Of a DNA stretch of 64,000 nt, positions 42,483-55,706 are shown one piece after another. The notes beneath the pieces were generated by a model that ran no database searches, was not told the origin of the DNA, and saw nothing but the letters and a program-made list of their open reading frames with translations. This DNA comes from Eledone cirrhosa (Eukaryota). The stretch covers positions 333,312,001 to 333,376,000 of the forward strand of contig OZ024742.1 of assembly GCA_964016885.1 (NCBI GenBank). Reading direction: 5' to 3'. Position 1 is the first letter of the stretch, and the number at the start of each line of letters is the position of its first letter. The position numbers and the translations under genes are program-made.

Positions 42483-43698
42483 TTCAACATAAACATTAGT
42501 ACAGAAAATTATTGAAACAACATCCTCCGATACATCGCCGTGAGTGAGAGGAACTAACTGGTTCTACGTCTATTCAATACAATCTTTATTTGAACTGTTA
42601 TAACAGAGCCTTCCCGACCAAACTATAGCAATTCTTCTGATTCGTATGCTTTTTTGAAGACATTCAAACCACTCAGGAAGTAACTTCACTATTTCCGACT
42701 TATCTAAGATATTTTCATTTGTATTTACTGGCAAACACAGGGTTGAGAGAGTTAACCTATTATATTTATATGAAATGAAATATTTATGTGAAATGACAAA
42801 TATTATGGACAGGATAATTTGAATTTGTAAGATGTGACCTGTTGGAAATTTGGCTGTTATATTTAAAAGGCTGGGTGATAATAAAGATGCTCCAGCAAAA
42901 AAAAAATACGTGCAGGTAGAGTACCGATTTTCCTGTACTCCAGGTTTAAGACACTTGTCAGATTAAGCCGACAATAATATTTGACCTGAAGCATATTATG
43001 AAATCAAAAACACTTACACTATCTCTCAACTATAATAATATTTAGATTTAGAAGTTAACAAAATTAAATGTAATAAAATACGCTAATACTTCTATATGAA
43101 TTAGCTAATGTGATGTCGCCATGATAAGTGTAATACGTGCCAGACAATCGGCGTTATTACAGAATTATATTGTTTACGTTGGATTGATATGAAAACTTCC
43201 TCCAAACATGCGTACCTGGGTGTAATTTTTATTAATCTTTGTTACGGGTAGCCCTTATAAACAAACGGGCTATCGTCTTATCACGTGATTCTAGTATTTG
43301 ATTATTGAAATTAAACAAAATAAATACCGAAGGGATAGCCCATCAAAAAGTATAATGTAAACGAAAATGACTTTGGTTATTGACACCGAAGCAGACATAA
43401 GTTCGAAAACTTCGCAACCTCAGTTTGAGCGCAAAAAATACAATATTAGTGACGTGTAGCTCATATGCTTAGCATTATGTATAAATGATCACGAGAGTAG
43501 TATGAAATAGTGTGTGTGTGTGTGGGGGGGGGATTACTTAATATTCTTTAACGTTTGAACATCACTGTTTTTGTAAATGTCTCCATGACGTTCGTACGTG
43601 TGTTAACTCCAGGTTTATATTTTGACATTATTTAACCCCACATATACTCGCAATATTTTTTATAGAATTTCAAATAACACGTTCAAAGTTAACTAACA

Positions 43699-43812
43699 CC
43701 CCGTAAGGATGAAAGGCAAAGTTAACCTCGGCGGGATTTGAACTCAGAGTGTAAAGGAAGGTACCTATGATAGAAAGCATGGCGTCCAACCCTCTACCGA
43801 TTCACCGCCCTT
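43699..43812 (-). mobile_element. SINE family A, partial
   Basis: CCCCGTAAGGATGAAAGGCAAAGTTAACCTCGGCGGGATTTGAACTCAGA. Confidence 0.85.
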
Positions 43813-43824
43813 TATTTTTTTATG

Positions 43825-43859
<35 letters not shown>

Positions 43860-43865
43860 TTAAAC

Positions 43866-44174
43866 ATATATTTATTTTTATATACATATATGTACCTTTA
43901 TAAATGTGTGTGCATGCATATACATTACGTATGAATGCGCCTGCACACTGTCCTATTTATCAACCCATCCCCACTCAAATATTCTTCCACAGTCCCTAAT
44001 TGGTTTCTTTTTGATAGTTATAGGGTCAAATATAACAATTATATATTTCACTGCAATTCAACAGCTGAGCTTCAATTTTAGTTCGTCCGCAGAGGGACTT
44101 GAACTCGCGACCCTCAGATACCTTCACAGAATAGACGTAAAAGTCTGATGCTCTACTGACTGAGCTATGCAGGC
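43866..44174 (-). mobile_element. Repeat with a tRNA-Lys head and ~210-bp body (candidate SINE or amplified tRNA gene unit), TA-flanked
   Basis: The body is repeated at 5246-5457. Confidence 0.7.
44084..44174 (-). tRNA. tRNA-Lys(TTT)-like sequence with an 18-nt intron at 37/38; probably a pseudogene or SINE head
   Basis: GCCTGCATAGCTCAGTCAGTAGAGCATCAGACTTTTA-[CGTCTATTCTGTGAAGGT]-ATCTGAGGGTCGCGAGTTCAAGTCCCTCTGCGGACG; anticodon at 44139-44141; one acceptor-stem and two T-stem mismatches. Confidence 0.8.
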
Positions 44175-44175
44175 G

Positions 44176-44235
<60 letters not shown>

Positions 44236-44242
44236 TACATAC

Positions 44243-44316
<74 letters not shown>

Positions 44317-45966
44317 AGACATGTGACCTCTGCGCAGAGGAGATATTCTTTATACTAAAATCTAAAAATTCCCTTAATCTACGGACAAATTTATTCAGTT
44401 GCTGCAAACATAGATTAAACTCAACTTTTAAACATAAATTTAAATTTAAAATGTACTATATTTAGTTTGATTTATAATTATTTGGGAAACTAGCCGATAA
44501 ATCTTTCGATTTCTTCTTTTTATTCTTCTTTTTATTTTTATTTTTATTAAAACATTCTTCATGAAAAATAAACTACCCTAAAAGTTGATGCTCCAAATAT
44601 TTCGAATAAACGTTACACTAGATAAACTTCTATATTAAATATAAGAACACATGTAGACCAAATGGGCATCCTAAACTTTTTGAAATGATTTTTGCTAGAC
44701 GCGATTTGATAAATAATGTTTAGCTTTATCTGTTTTCGACTCTGATGCTTATAATGAACTTGGCAATATATTGTCAATTAATTTTGAAGGGTTGATCTGT
44801 GTGGTTTATTTTTGTTGTTGTAGTATTTGCTAATATTTTAATTTTTAATATGTAATATTTTTTCGTAATATTTTTTAGTTTTCTATTTTATTATTATTTA
44901 TTATTATTATTATTATTATTTTTATTTATTTTTTTTTTTCTGATATTTTTTATTAATATATTGAAATCTGTTCTCTATTTCTGCTTGATAGATAATCATG
45001 TAGAGTAAAGACAAGAATAGTATTGTTAAAATTAATATAGACTCTATATATATGTGTGTATATATATACACATATATGTATACTTAAATTTTTATAGCAC
45101 AATGAGAATGTTCTCCGTGTGAAATTGGGGTTTGCAGAGTTGATCACGTAAATTCACATCGATGTTTGTAGTTATCATATAAACATATGAATTGTTAAAA
45201 CTAAACATAAGATCATTACTTTTCACACATTATGGATACGTGTCTCATTCAGGAATACTGATATTTACATTATAGTGCCTGGTTTTTATACATACTAATA
45301 CTTCTACATTAAAACATAGGGTTTTTATGCCTCGCCTATGTCTGGTTACTTTTCATTTTTCTCTCTATATAACAGCTGGTTTCTCTCCTAACCACATATA
45401 TTTCCCTTACATTAATACTAGAGCTAAATAAATAAATAAATAAATAAATGTATCATTGATACGTTTACTCAACGGATGTCCAACTACCTACTTTTCTCTA
45501 TATATATCTATCTCTATCTATTTCCTCTCTCTATATATATCTCTCTCTGTTTCTTTACATAAAGTTCTTCTCTTTATCTATCTTTCCATCTCTATATTTT
45601 GTTCCATGCATTTCTTCTTTTTCTTCGTTTTCTTTCTTTCTTTTCTTTCTTTCCTTTTTTCTCTCTTTCTTTCTTTCTGTTTACAATTTTTTCACTGCCA
45701 AATCAACTTTTCAAATACAAGTCGATGTTGAACGGTATGTCAAATCTATTTATCTATAAAACTGTCTATATTGTATTTTGTCTGAGGAAGGCATAGCATA
45801 TTGTTAATATGATATCCCTGAGATATATATAATGAAATAAATATGGTTTTATAAATATAGTTTCCATTTATTTAATATCGTAAATATACTCCAAATACTT
45901 GTTGAGTGCTTTTATATCAGTTATAAATATTTACTAGTTGTAACCCAACAATTTAAATATAACTTT

Positions 45967-46035
<69 letters not shown>

Positions 46036-46040
<5 letters not shown>

Positions 46041-46217
46041 GATTCTACAGAACTAGAACTGTTTCATTCTTTAGAAATCATCAGGAATCCTGATGATTTC
46101 TAAAGAATTAAACATTTCTAGTCCTGTAGAATCTCATCTATATTAAAACTTTTATACTCTGCAATGTATTGAGTACTTTACTTACTGTGGTTATCTCCGA
46201 TTCAACCCCGGAATAAC
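46036..46217. mobile_element. Family D palindromic hammerhead element (opposite orientation to 26232)
   Basis: Inverted arms across 46036-46138, then a tail ending ...TTCAACCCCGGAATAAC at (TA)n. Confidence 0.85.
46041..46089 (-). ncRNA. Type I hammerhead ribozyme motif, intact core
   Basis: GATTC-CTGATGA-T TTC taaa GAA T-GAAA-CAG ttctagtt CTG-TA-GAATC: perfect 5-bp stem I, GUA triplet. Confidence 0.8.
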
Positions 46218-46277
<60 letters not shown>

Positions 46278-46317
46278 ATGCACCTACACACACACAAACA
46301 CACACACGGACACACAC

Positions 46318-46349
<32 letters not shown>

Positions 46350-46624
46350 AAATATGTATGTATATATATATATACAATACATATACATTTGTGTATGTGT
46401 GTGTGTGTGTGTGTGTGTTTTCACATATTACATCCGTTACATTTTACAGATGATACAGGCGGAATAGATTCACTCCAGCTGTATTTGAATTACGTTTAGT
46501 TTCCCCTTCATTTAGTCTCATGACCCATAGTCTCCCGCTTGAAAATAGTACATCCGCTTATGAGAGTTGTGTATATATATATATATATAGATATATATAT
46601 ATATATATATACATATATGTATAA

Positions 46625-46687
<63 letters not shown>

Positions 46688-46732
46688 TATACATATATGT
46701 ATAAATATATATACACATATATATATATATAC

Positions 46733-46780
<48 letters not shown>

Positions 46781-46880
46781 TTATATATATATATACATAC
46801 ACAGACACACAAACACACACATACGTATATATACAAATACATATATACATGCATACACAAACACACACACACATTTACAT

Positions 46881-46913
<33 letters not shown>

Positions 46914-46980
46914 GATATATATTTATTAAAATAACAGATATATATAAACCCTTTTACCTGCCGCACCGCCCTTGAAATAT

Positions 46981-47152
<172 letters not shown>

Positions 47153-47407
47153 CTCGATCACGTGCGCTATTTGTAACACATAACACAGTGAAATACGTCA
47201 CAGGATCGGGTCATTTTTAAACCGGTAACCCACTAATGTTGCTTGGTGAGGAGTGTCATTTGTGGTTATCCTGCGGAAAAAAAACAAGACCCGTCATAAA
47301 TCAGAGGATCTCTAGTGACTTAACGTCCATTCATTAGTGTGTGCATATATGTAAATAAATAAATATATACATTTATATATAACATTTACTATATGCATAT
47401 ATATATC

Positions 47408-47462
47408 TGTTAGAACACGAAAAGTGTGAAACAACAGAATGTTCACTTTTCGTGTTCTAACA
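47408..47462. repeat. 19-bp perfect inverted repeat
   Basis: TGTTAGAACACGAAAAGTG / CACTTTTCGTGTTCTAACA. Confidence 0.85.
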
Positions 47463-48144
47463 TATATGCCTAGCTTCTTTAAAAATTTTTCGGGGATAGC
47501 CGTGGTGGTGGTGATCGTATGTCATTGGCTAATTTTCAACCAATCAGAGTACCTCTCTCTATATCTCTTCCACTGTTACTTACGCCTGTTTCTCTCTATC
47601 TGTTCCGTCTCTATATATATCTCTTACTCTTTCGCTTTGCACTCCTCCCCTTCAATACCATCTCTCCCCCTCTCTATATATTTGTTACTCTATCGTGCAC
47701 GCTCCTCTCCTTCAATATATCAATTACACACGCTTTACACTCCTTTATCCCCAGCGCCCCTATATATACACCCCCCTCTCCCGCATCTATATTTTAATGT
47801 ACCGTTGCACCGTGAATATATGTGTCTATATATATATACATATATATTGTATATACACATTCATGTATGTGTATACACACTCATGTATGTATATACACTG
47901 GTTTTATGTGTGTATTGTAAATTTGTACTGTTAAAACACGAAACTAACATTCGATTGACACTTTGATTACCTGTACAGGCAATAGTTATTAGAATGCTGT
48001 TGAAGTGTGTATATATTTTTGGGGGACATCCTGTATATACACACATTATATATAATACAATAAACAGATAAATACACACACATATATATGAGCTTATTTA
48101 ATTATAAATATTGTGAATTTTTAACTCAGTTCAATTATATATAT

Positions 48145-48191
48145 AAATGGCTTCTACAGGACTAGAACTGTTTCATTCGAAAGAAATCATC
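48145..48191 (-). repeat. Family D hammerhead segment lacking stem I and C3
   Basis: Minus strand TGATGA-T TTC tttc GAA T-GAAA-CAG ttctagtc CTG-TA-GAAGCC. Confidence 0.7.
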
Positions 48192-48389
48192 ATAATATTG
48201 AGAGGGGGGACTAGATAAAATATTTCAAATCAAATGTGTATAAGTTATAAGTTAAAATGTATAAATAGAGACGATAGTGGAGGTATATCTGTTTAGTGGA
48301 ACAGTAGACGATAGAATTAAATACAGACGAGAATCTCCCTTTAATGAAACAGCAGACGATAGAATTAAGGCAATTTAAATTTTAAGCAT

Positions 48390-48447
48390 TTGCATTTTTG
48401 CCTTTCATCGTTACGGGGTCGATAAAATAAAGTACCAGTAATACACT
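48390..48447 (+). mobile_element. SINE family A fragment
   Basis: TTTGCCTTTCATCGTTACGGGGTCGATAAAATAAAGTACCAGTAAT. Confidence 0.75.
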
Positions 48448-48804
48448 GTCACTAGACGACTTTCAAATTGAATTGTTGGTTCCATTTCTTTAGTATTTTC
48501 AATTGTAGTTATCTACTTAAAAAGCGTTACACGGTTAGAGACATAATTCGTAAGTTATATCTTCCCTATTAAACCATTGCATTATTTCGCCTACAATAGA
48601 ACAAAAATGAAATGTTCTTTAAAGAAACAGGAATATAACTTTATAAAAAAAAAAGTTGCATCCGCTTCTTTTATCATTGATAATTTTTTCGTTTTAATAT
48701 TAATTGTTTTTTGTAGTTGTTTATATTAAAAATCTTACTGTAATATTTACTTAAACGAAGGCAAACATCTAAACTTATAGATTAATCTTGAGCGAAGGAC
48801 TAGA

Positions 48805-48885
<81 letters not shown>

Positions 48886-49276
48886 GAAGAATGATAAAAT
48901 TTCAAGCAAAGAGTTTAATTAGGTATATTTTGTAGTATTATTAACTAATTATTATAATTAACGCGCATATTTTGCTATCCTCAAACACGTTTACACATGG
49001 CATGAAATATAACTAATCCGAGATGGCTAGGTTTCATCTTCTAACTGGATAAACGAAATCCATTATGTCTTGACAACAACATGAGGTAACATTATGTTAT
49101 TCACAGACACACTTTGTACACTGTTCCATATCAGAATGTATTTCCTTCGTCACATTCACAAACAGTATTGAAAATATGTTCTTCGGCAAATAAAAATGTT
49201 TTGTTCATAATATTTCAACTAGCGATTGCTCTACTTCACGCACGACCACCATAAATTAATGACCAGCTCAACACAA

Positions 49277-49447
49277 GTATTGGTAGAGCGTCAGACACCA
49301 TGCTTTGCAGTATTGTTATGGTCCTTTGCATTCTAAGTTCAAATCCTGCCGAGGTTAACTTCGACTTTCATACTTACTAATTCGATAAAATAAAGTACCA
49401 GTAATGGACTGCCGTAATGGATTTGTGCCGAAAAATAGAAACACTAT
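49277..49447 (+). mobile_element. SINE family A, diverged
   Basis: GTATTGGTAGAGCGTCAGACACCATGC...GTTCAAATCC...AAAGTACCAGTAATG. Confidence 0.8.
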
Positions 49448-49998
49448 TAATGTGCAATAAGAGCAAAATATAACGACATTGCTCAATTATTTTATCTAAT
49501 GTGTAATAACACAAGGAAATGTTGTTTGTGTATTTTTTTTTATATTTGCTCATAGGCTTTTACAATTTCGCTCAGCCAACAACTATTAAAAAGTGAGTTG
49601 CTTAAGATAACAATTTAATCACAAATTGTTGCTATCTTTTAATACACTCCAACAAGTCATCAAATTATGTACAATAAAAACAAATCTTATTAATTTGCTC
49701 AGGGAATATAAAGAAAATGTATATACACTGATAATTGCAAATGTATGTAAATATTTTGTTTTTGTATTGTATATTTTATGTTTTCTATTATGTATAATAT
49801 ATTGATTTAATATTGATTGTTTTTTGTAGTTGTTTATATTAAAAGTCTGAAAATATTTTTATACATCTTACACTAATATTTATAAGATAATTTATAATAA
49901 CAATTACATAATCTAATTACATTACAACGATAATTTATTATTAATATATATCCTGTTTAACTAGAGTTATTACAAGCGTTGCCTTAAAAAAATATTAA

Positions 49999-50955
49999 AC
50001 TAGACATGAAAAATGCGCAAGCTCAAAAGTGCCACAGAATGTTATAATAAACCTTCAAAAGTGTGGGACTAGAGTTGTTGCTAAAAAATATTGTAATCAT
50101 TATATATCGTACATTCTGTGGCATCCTTTATAAAAATAGCTTAAACCAACGAAGCCTTTATTTTTACGCTATTTCACTTAGTTAATTCTTAGAGTGTAAC
50201 ATATAAAAATAAATACATCTATGTTTAATATAATAACAGCTATAAATAATTACGTAATATTATTATCATATACTCATAGTAACAAAATAATTGTGTTGAA
50301 ACTTAATATGATGCTTATATGAACGATCAAATATATAATGATAATTTCTTAAATATACTAATAGTAAAATAATTTAGTTATCTATTGTTACATTTTCATA
50401 GAACTATAATATTAACAATCGTATTGCATTATCAAATTTTTATCACTACAAACTTTCATATTGGAATTACCTTAAGCCACTTATTATTACTTCGCTTTCG
50501 TACTTTTACAGCTGTAGATATTGCGCTGTATCTTATATCTAATATCAATATCTCGTGGTAATTTGCATGAAGTGTAAAATAGGTTTATTAATAACTTTAA
50601 TATGAAATGTATTATACAGGGCTGCGGAGTCGGTCAAAAATTGACTGGCTCCAACTCAGGATCCGATACTCCATTATTTCCTAAATTTCAGCTCCGCAGC
50701 TCTGTTATTATATTAATTAATTTATTTTATAGTTGTAAATCATATTTTTATATGTTACACTCTAAGAATTAACTAAGTGAAATAGCGTAAAAATAAAGGT
50801 TTCGTTGGTTTAAGCTATTTTTATAAAGGATGCCACAGAATGTACGATATATAATGATTACAATATTTTTTAGCAACAACTCTAGTCCCACACTTTTGAA
50901 GGTTTATTATAACATTCTGTGGCACTTTTGAGCTTGCGCATTTTTCATGTCTAGT
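49999..50955. mobile_element. Foldback or MITE-like element with 213-bp terminal inverted repeats
   Basis: Arms 49999-50211 and 50743-50955 are almost identical; termini ACTAGAC...GTCTAGT; AT-rich non-coding spacer. Confidence 0.8.
50617..50704. mobile_element. 88-bp hAT-like MITE nested in the foldback spacer
   Basis: TIRs CAGGGCTGCGGAG / CTCCGCAGCTCTG; 8-bp flanks GTATTATA / TTATTATA (7 of 8 match). Confidence 0.7.
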
Positions 50956-50967
50956 ATAATATGTATA

Positions 50968-51033
<66 letters not shown>

Positions 51034-51050
<17 letters not shown>

Positions 51051-52072
51051 CCCAGGCCTGGCGAAGTCTTTCAAATCAGGATTTGGGCACCATGGCCCAC
51101 TCAAGTAGAGAGTTATTGTTTACGGAGGCATATCCGGGTGTCGGAGGATTATCCGGGATTACTTGAAAGAATTTGTCCAAAGAATTCTTGAACTTGATGG
51201 GGTCTGTTTCTGTTTTAATGTGTTTTGGTGTCATGTTAAAGAGAGCGGAGCAAATTGAGGTGAAATAACTGTGCCGTATTGTTGTTATCAGATGCGTGTG
51301 AGATTTTTGTCGTGGGCGGATAGCACGGGGCCCAACTCTTGTGTGTACCTTAAAAGGTGATGCCAACATCATTTTCGAAAAAAGGATAGAATTATTTCCA
51401 CATCAAGCAGATAATGCAGCGCTCACGGCGACGTTGTAAAGGATAAACGTTGAACTTTTGTAACCGACTCCAATAGTCATGGCCAGTCATGCCATCCATC
51501 CTTTTTGTAATTGATCTTTGGGGTGCTTCAACTTTCATGATACTTTGTTTCGTGTGGAGAGATCATAGTCGACAATAGTTTTCAAGGTGGGGTCGGACAA
51601 ATGTGGGAAGATAAGGATTACAGTGTGGATATCTCTTGACTGGAATGTTCTGAGAAACCAGGAACAAATTCTGCGGGCCATCTCAATTTTGCTGTTTATA
51701 TGAGTGGCCCAGCTAATGTTATTGTCCATAATTACTCCGAAATCTCGGATGTTGTTTGATGCCGCGAGAGTTTCACTTGAAGGAGTAGAGTATGGTAGTT
51801 TCAGGGCATCCTTTTTTCCAAAGTGGATTAACTCGAACTCATCGTCATTCAACAGCATATTGTTCCCTTCTGCCCTTTGGATAACAGCCCGTATGTCTGA
51901 CTGAGGGCTAGTCCGATCACCCACCCCATTGATGATCCTTTGGAGCTTGGAATCATTTGCGAAGCTTCATATGTTGCTGTGCTGTGCTTGATGATGTCAG
52001 TAATGTCATTAATGTAGAAGGTAAAAAGAAGTGGGCCCACCGCAGTGCCTTGTGGGACGCCACTGCTGACTT
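51034..52072 (-). pseudogene. 5'-truncated CR1-like LINE (RT C-terminal half, 3' end, poly-A)
   Basis: [47 protein letters not shown]; the T-run at 51034-51050 is the poly-A tail. Confidence 0.85.
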
Positions 52073-52123
52073 TATATATTTAATATTTACAATATATATA
52101 TATATATATATATAATATTTACA

Positions 52124-52230
<107 letters not shown>

Positions 52231-52232
52231 AG

Positions 52233-52763
52233 ATAAAATAAAATAAATAAGTCAAATATTTAAAATTTAGCTTCGTTTATTATTGCTATATATATTTCGG
52301 TGACAGCCATCTTTGGCTGTGACCTCTTCAGGCAGTCCGAATTAGTGTGGTATAGGTAAGTACATATGTTGTTGAGGTGTATAACTTTGTCAATACTCTG
52401 ATATGCCCAGTTCCTGGTTGGGTTGTTATTTCACTGAGGAACTGTATTCATATTCCAGTTCCTCAGTGAAATAACAACCCAACCAGGAACTGGGCATATC
52501 AGAGTATTGACAAAGTTATACACCTCAACAACATATGTACTTGTCTATACCACACTAATTCGGACTGCCTTAAGAGGTCACAGCCAAAGATGGCTGTCAC
52601 CGAAATATATATAGCAATAATAAACGAAGCTAAATTTTAAACATTTGACTTATTTATTTTATTTTATTTTACATTACTCCGAGTAACCAAACCAACCTTC
52701 GCACCTCGTCGAGTGCTCAAATCTGCATACTGAGGTGTTGGTATACAACCAACATATACTCAA
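52233..52763 (+). mobile_element. Family E asymmetric palindromic hammerhead element (arms 52233-52443 and 52455-52667, plus a ~95-bp tail)
   Basis: About 210-bp near-perfect inverted arms; TA tracts on both sides; related copy at 63151. Confidence 0.9.
52284..52334 (-). ncRNA. Minimal type I hammerhead with canonical core and extended stem II
   Basis: TGC-CTGAAGA-GGT c ACAGCCA aaga TGGCTGT c ACC-GAAA-TATATA-TA-GCA; the right-arm copy has CTTAAGA. Confidence 0.8.
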
Positions 52764-53397
52764 AATGTATATACATATATATATATATATGGTCATAGAC
52801 ACATGCAGCCCTCTTTAAGCCAAGAGGGGATCCATTGACTGGGCGCAGGGAAGTGTTCCTACATCAAATAATCCAATAACATATTGGGATGCATCATGTT
52901 GGTTTATGGTATACTACGGAAAAATCGTACACTGAATCAACAGTGTACATCATTAGACACTGAGCAGAGAAACATGGTAGGTCAAAGGACAGACCCAATC
53001 AATTCAGTCAGAAAACATATACAGATAGTAGTGATAGGTAAGAGCAAGATAATTGATTGACAAAGTTTTCAGGCCGCATGTCTTGGTGTCTAAAAACATC
53101 TGACTGATCAGATGAGAAGTCAGTCAATCATATTGGTAGCCTCCCCACATCTCGGCTGACAATATGGAGAAGGCGTTTCCCCGAAGGACGGCATGGCTTT
53201 GCATTTCATTAGGTATTTTAGAGCATTCTATAATTCTTTCAAACCAAATCGTTTATCGCATCGTCAAACAGGGGCTGCGTTGTTTTGTGGCGGTACTGGC
53301 GCGAATGTCCAAAAATATAATTCCACAACCAAACACGACATCATATCAAATGAAATAACAACAGACACACACACATCTATCTATTTATCTATCCATG

Positions 53398-53469
53398 TTA
53401 TTGTTGTTGCTGCTGTTGTTATTGTTGTTGTTGTTGTTGTTGTTGTTCTTCTTCTTCTTCTTCTTCTTC

Positions 53470-53555
<86 letters not shown>
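53398..53555. repeat. Compound (GTT)n(CTT)n(ATT)n microsatellite, left flank of the LINE
   Basis: Direct observation; (ATT)n(CTT)n resumes at 59380. Confidence 0.95.
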
Positions 53556-53767
53556 GACGAAAGTGGATGTACGTTTTTTGAAGCTCCGTGAGTAAGCAAT
53601 TTTTTGAGGATTAATTGTAGGGAATTGTTTATTTTTTGTACCGCTGAAGCATTATAAGACATTAATTTGTATCCTGTGAAGGAATAACTCATAATATTTG
53701 GGCCTTTTGGCCCAAATATTTGAACTTTATTTTGAGAAAAAAATAATAATTTTTTTCTCAAAAAAAC

Positions 53768-55677
53768 ATGGCGGAGCCACGCCGCCTAGAGGCGGGTCTG
53801 CTGTCGTGCAACGGCGACTTGAGCGTTGAGAGGAGAGGTGAGACGAGGAGCGCCACCAGCACGAATGTGAGCAGCGACAGTGCCAGCACCAACGGGCCGA
53901 GCGGCGCGGAAGGTGGTAACAGCGACAACACCAACACCAACAAGCCGAACAGCGCAGAAGGTGGTAATAGCGAGAGCACCAACAAAACGAACAGCACAGA
54001 GAGTAATAGTAGCGACAGCAACAGCACCAACAAGGCCAACAGCACAGAGGGTAACCACGACACAGGGGAGAACAACAACAGCAATAGCAGCAGCAACACC
54101 AACAAGAACAACAACAGTGACAACACCAACAAGAACACCTTCGCTGCTGTGGCAGCGGCTAAAAGGAGACCATGCTACAGCATCGACTTAACCAACAGAG
54201 AGGAAAAGTTGGCCCAGGCCTGGAAAATCATAAATCAAGAGCAGACCTGGGCAAACTTAACTGTCCCGGCAGAAGCCATTGAGGCAGTGGAAAAAAGAAC
54301 GGTGCATTTCAGATGCATCTCAGTAGAGACAAAGAGGGCAGCGATAATCGCCCAAGCTGATATAGAAGCCGCACTGAAATACATCAGAGAGGACACAGAC
54401 TTCATAGAGAGGGGCAGGCAATACGGCACCGTTTCGGTGCTGTTCAAGTCTGAAGCCCTCGCTGTGAAGCATTCAATGACCCCTTGCAAAACCAGCAAGG
54501 TCATAATGTACCCCTCCCACATGGGAAAACGAATAGCACGTGTGCGCATTCCCAGGATTCCACCAGGACTTGATATGTGGTGGCTCCTGGGTTGCGTAAT
54601 CGTGGAAGGAACGGATACAGTCCCGGTAGAGGCAACGAGAACTGCCAGGGACGACTGGTCCGGGGTTGATCTGGAGATACTGCTCCAAATCAGACCCGAA
54701 AACGTAAAAGCAATCCCGGACCACATCCGCCTCCAAAACGGGAGGGTGTTGCATATAATGACTGAGGGCAAAAGGCCGCATTGTTTCCTTTGTGGGGAAA
54801 CGACACACTTGCGAGCCTTCTGCCCTCAACTGCCGAAAAGCGCAAGGGGTCGAAAGATTCCACTGCTGGCGACGCCGGGACAAGGACCACCAGCAACACC
54901 GTCAACAATGGAACCACCAAAATTGCACACCCAGGGGGGAAACGAGGAAAGCTCTCCCATTCCCCCTCCCCCCAAAAATACACACACGAACAAGAACATA
55001 AACACTCACTCAGACACAAACACGCTCACAGCCACAGACCCCTCATCCTCCAGCAGTGAAGATGAGGGAAAACCAAAATCCCCCAAAATACAAAAAACAA
55101 AACACAAAAAAAAAGAAATCCACAAAGCACAAACACCCCCACAAAAAAAAATACACACACCACCCACACAAACATTTGCCCCACAGCATCACCAACACAA
55201 CCACCAAAATCCCCCAAACGCAAACAAGCTAAACAGACACAAGAACAAATAGACACACAAACATCAGAAACTACAGACACCCCACCCACAACAAACGCAG
55301 ACACAATAGAAACAACACTAACAAAGCTATCACCACCACAATCACACGAACAAATAAAACCCGAGCAACAAAACATTAAAAACTTCGTGCTTGCCAGAAG
55401 GGCCAACAAGGAATTGATGGCCCATGTAGCACGAAGCACAAACATCGAAAAAGACGGGGAAACATTTGAAGCGAGCACATTTCGCGTACCAGATAATTTG
55501 CTTCTGATGCGAATGTCGCTCGCTTCATACAAAGAAATTCGAAAGAGCTTTCCTCGGGATGTGGGAACCCCGAACGTAAAACCCACGTCAAGACTATTAA
55601 AGGGGTTCCCAAAAGAAACCCCACAAACCATGGAGGTCGAACCACCCGACCTTCACAAGACCCCGGAAGGTAAGTAA
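53768..55677 (+). CDS. LINE ORF1 nucleic-acid-binding protein (494-aa ORF; probable frameshifted continuation to 55677)
   Basis: Zinc knuckle CFLCGETTHLRAFC, TFAAVAA motif, N/S/T-rich repeats; A-runs near 55105 and 55143 are possible frameshift sites. Confidence 0.8.
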
Positions 55678-55706
55678 ACCTTTCCTCTCCCATTCATCCT
55701 GCCAGC

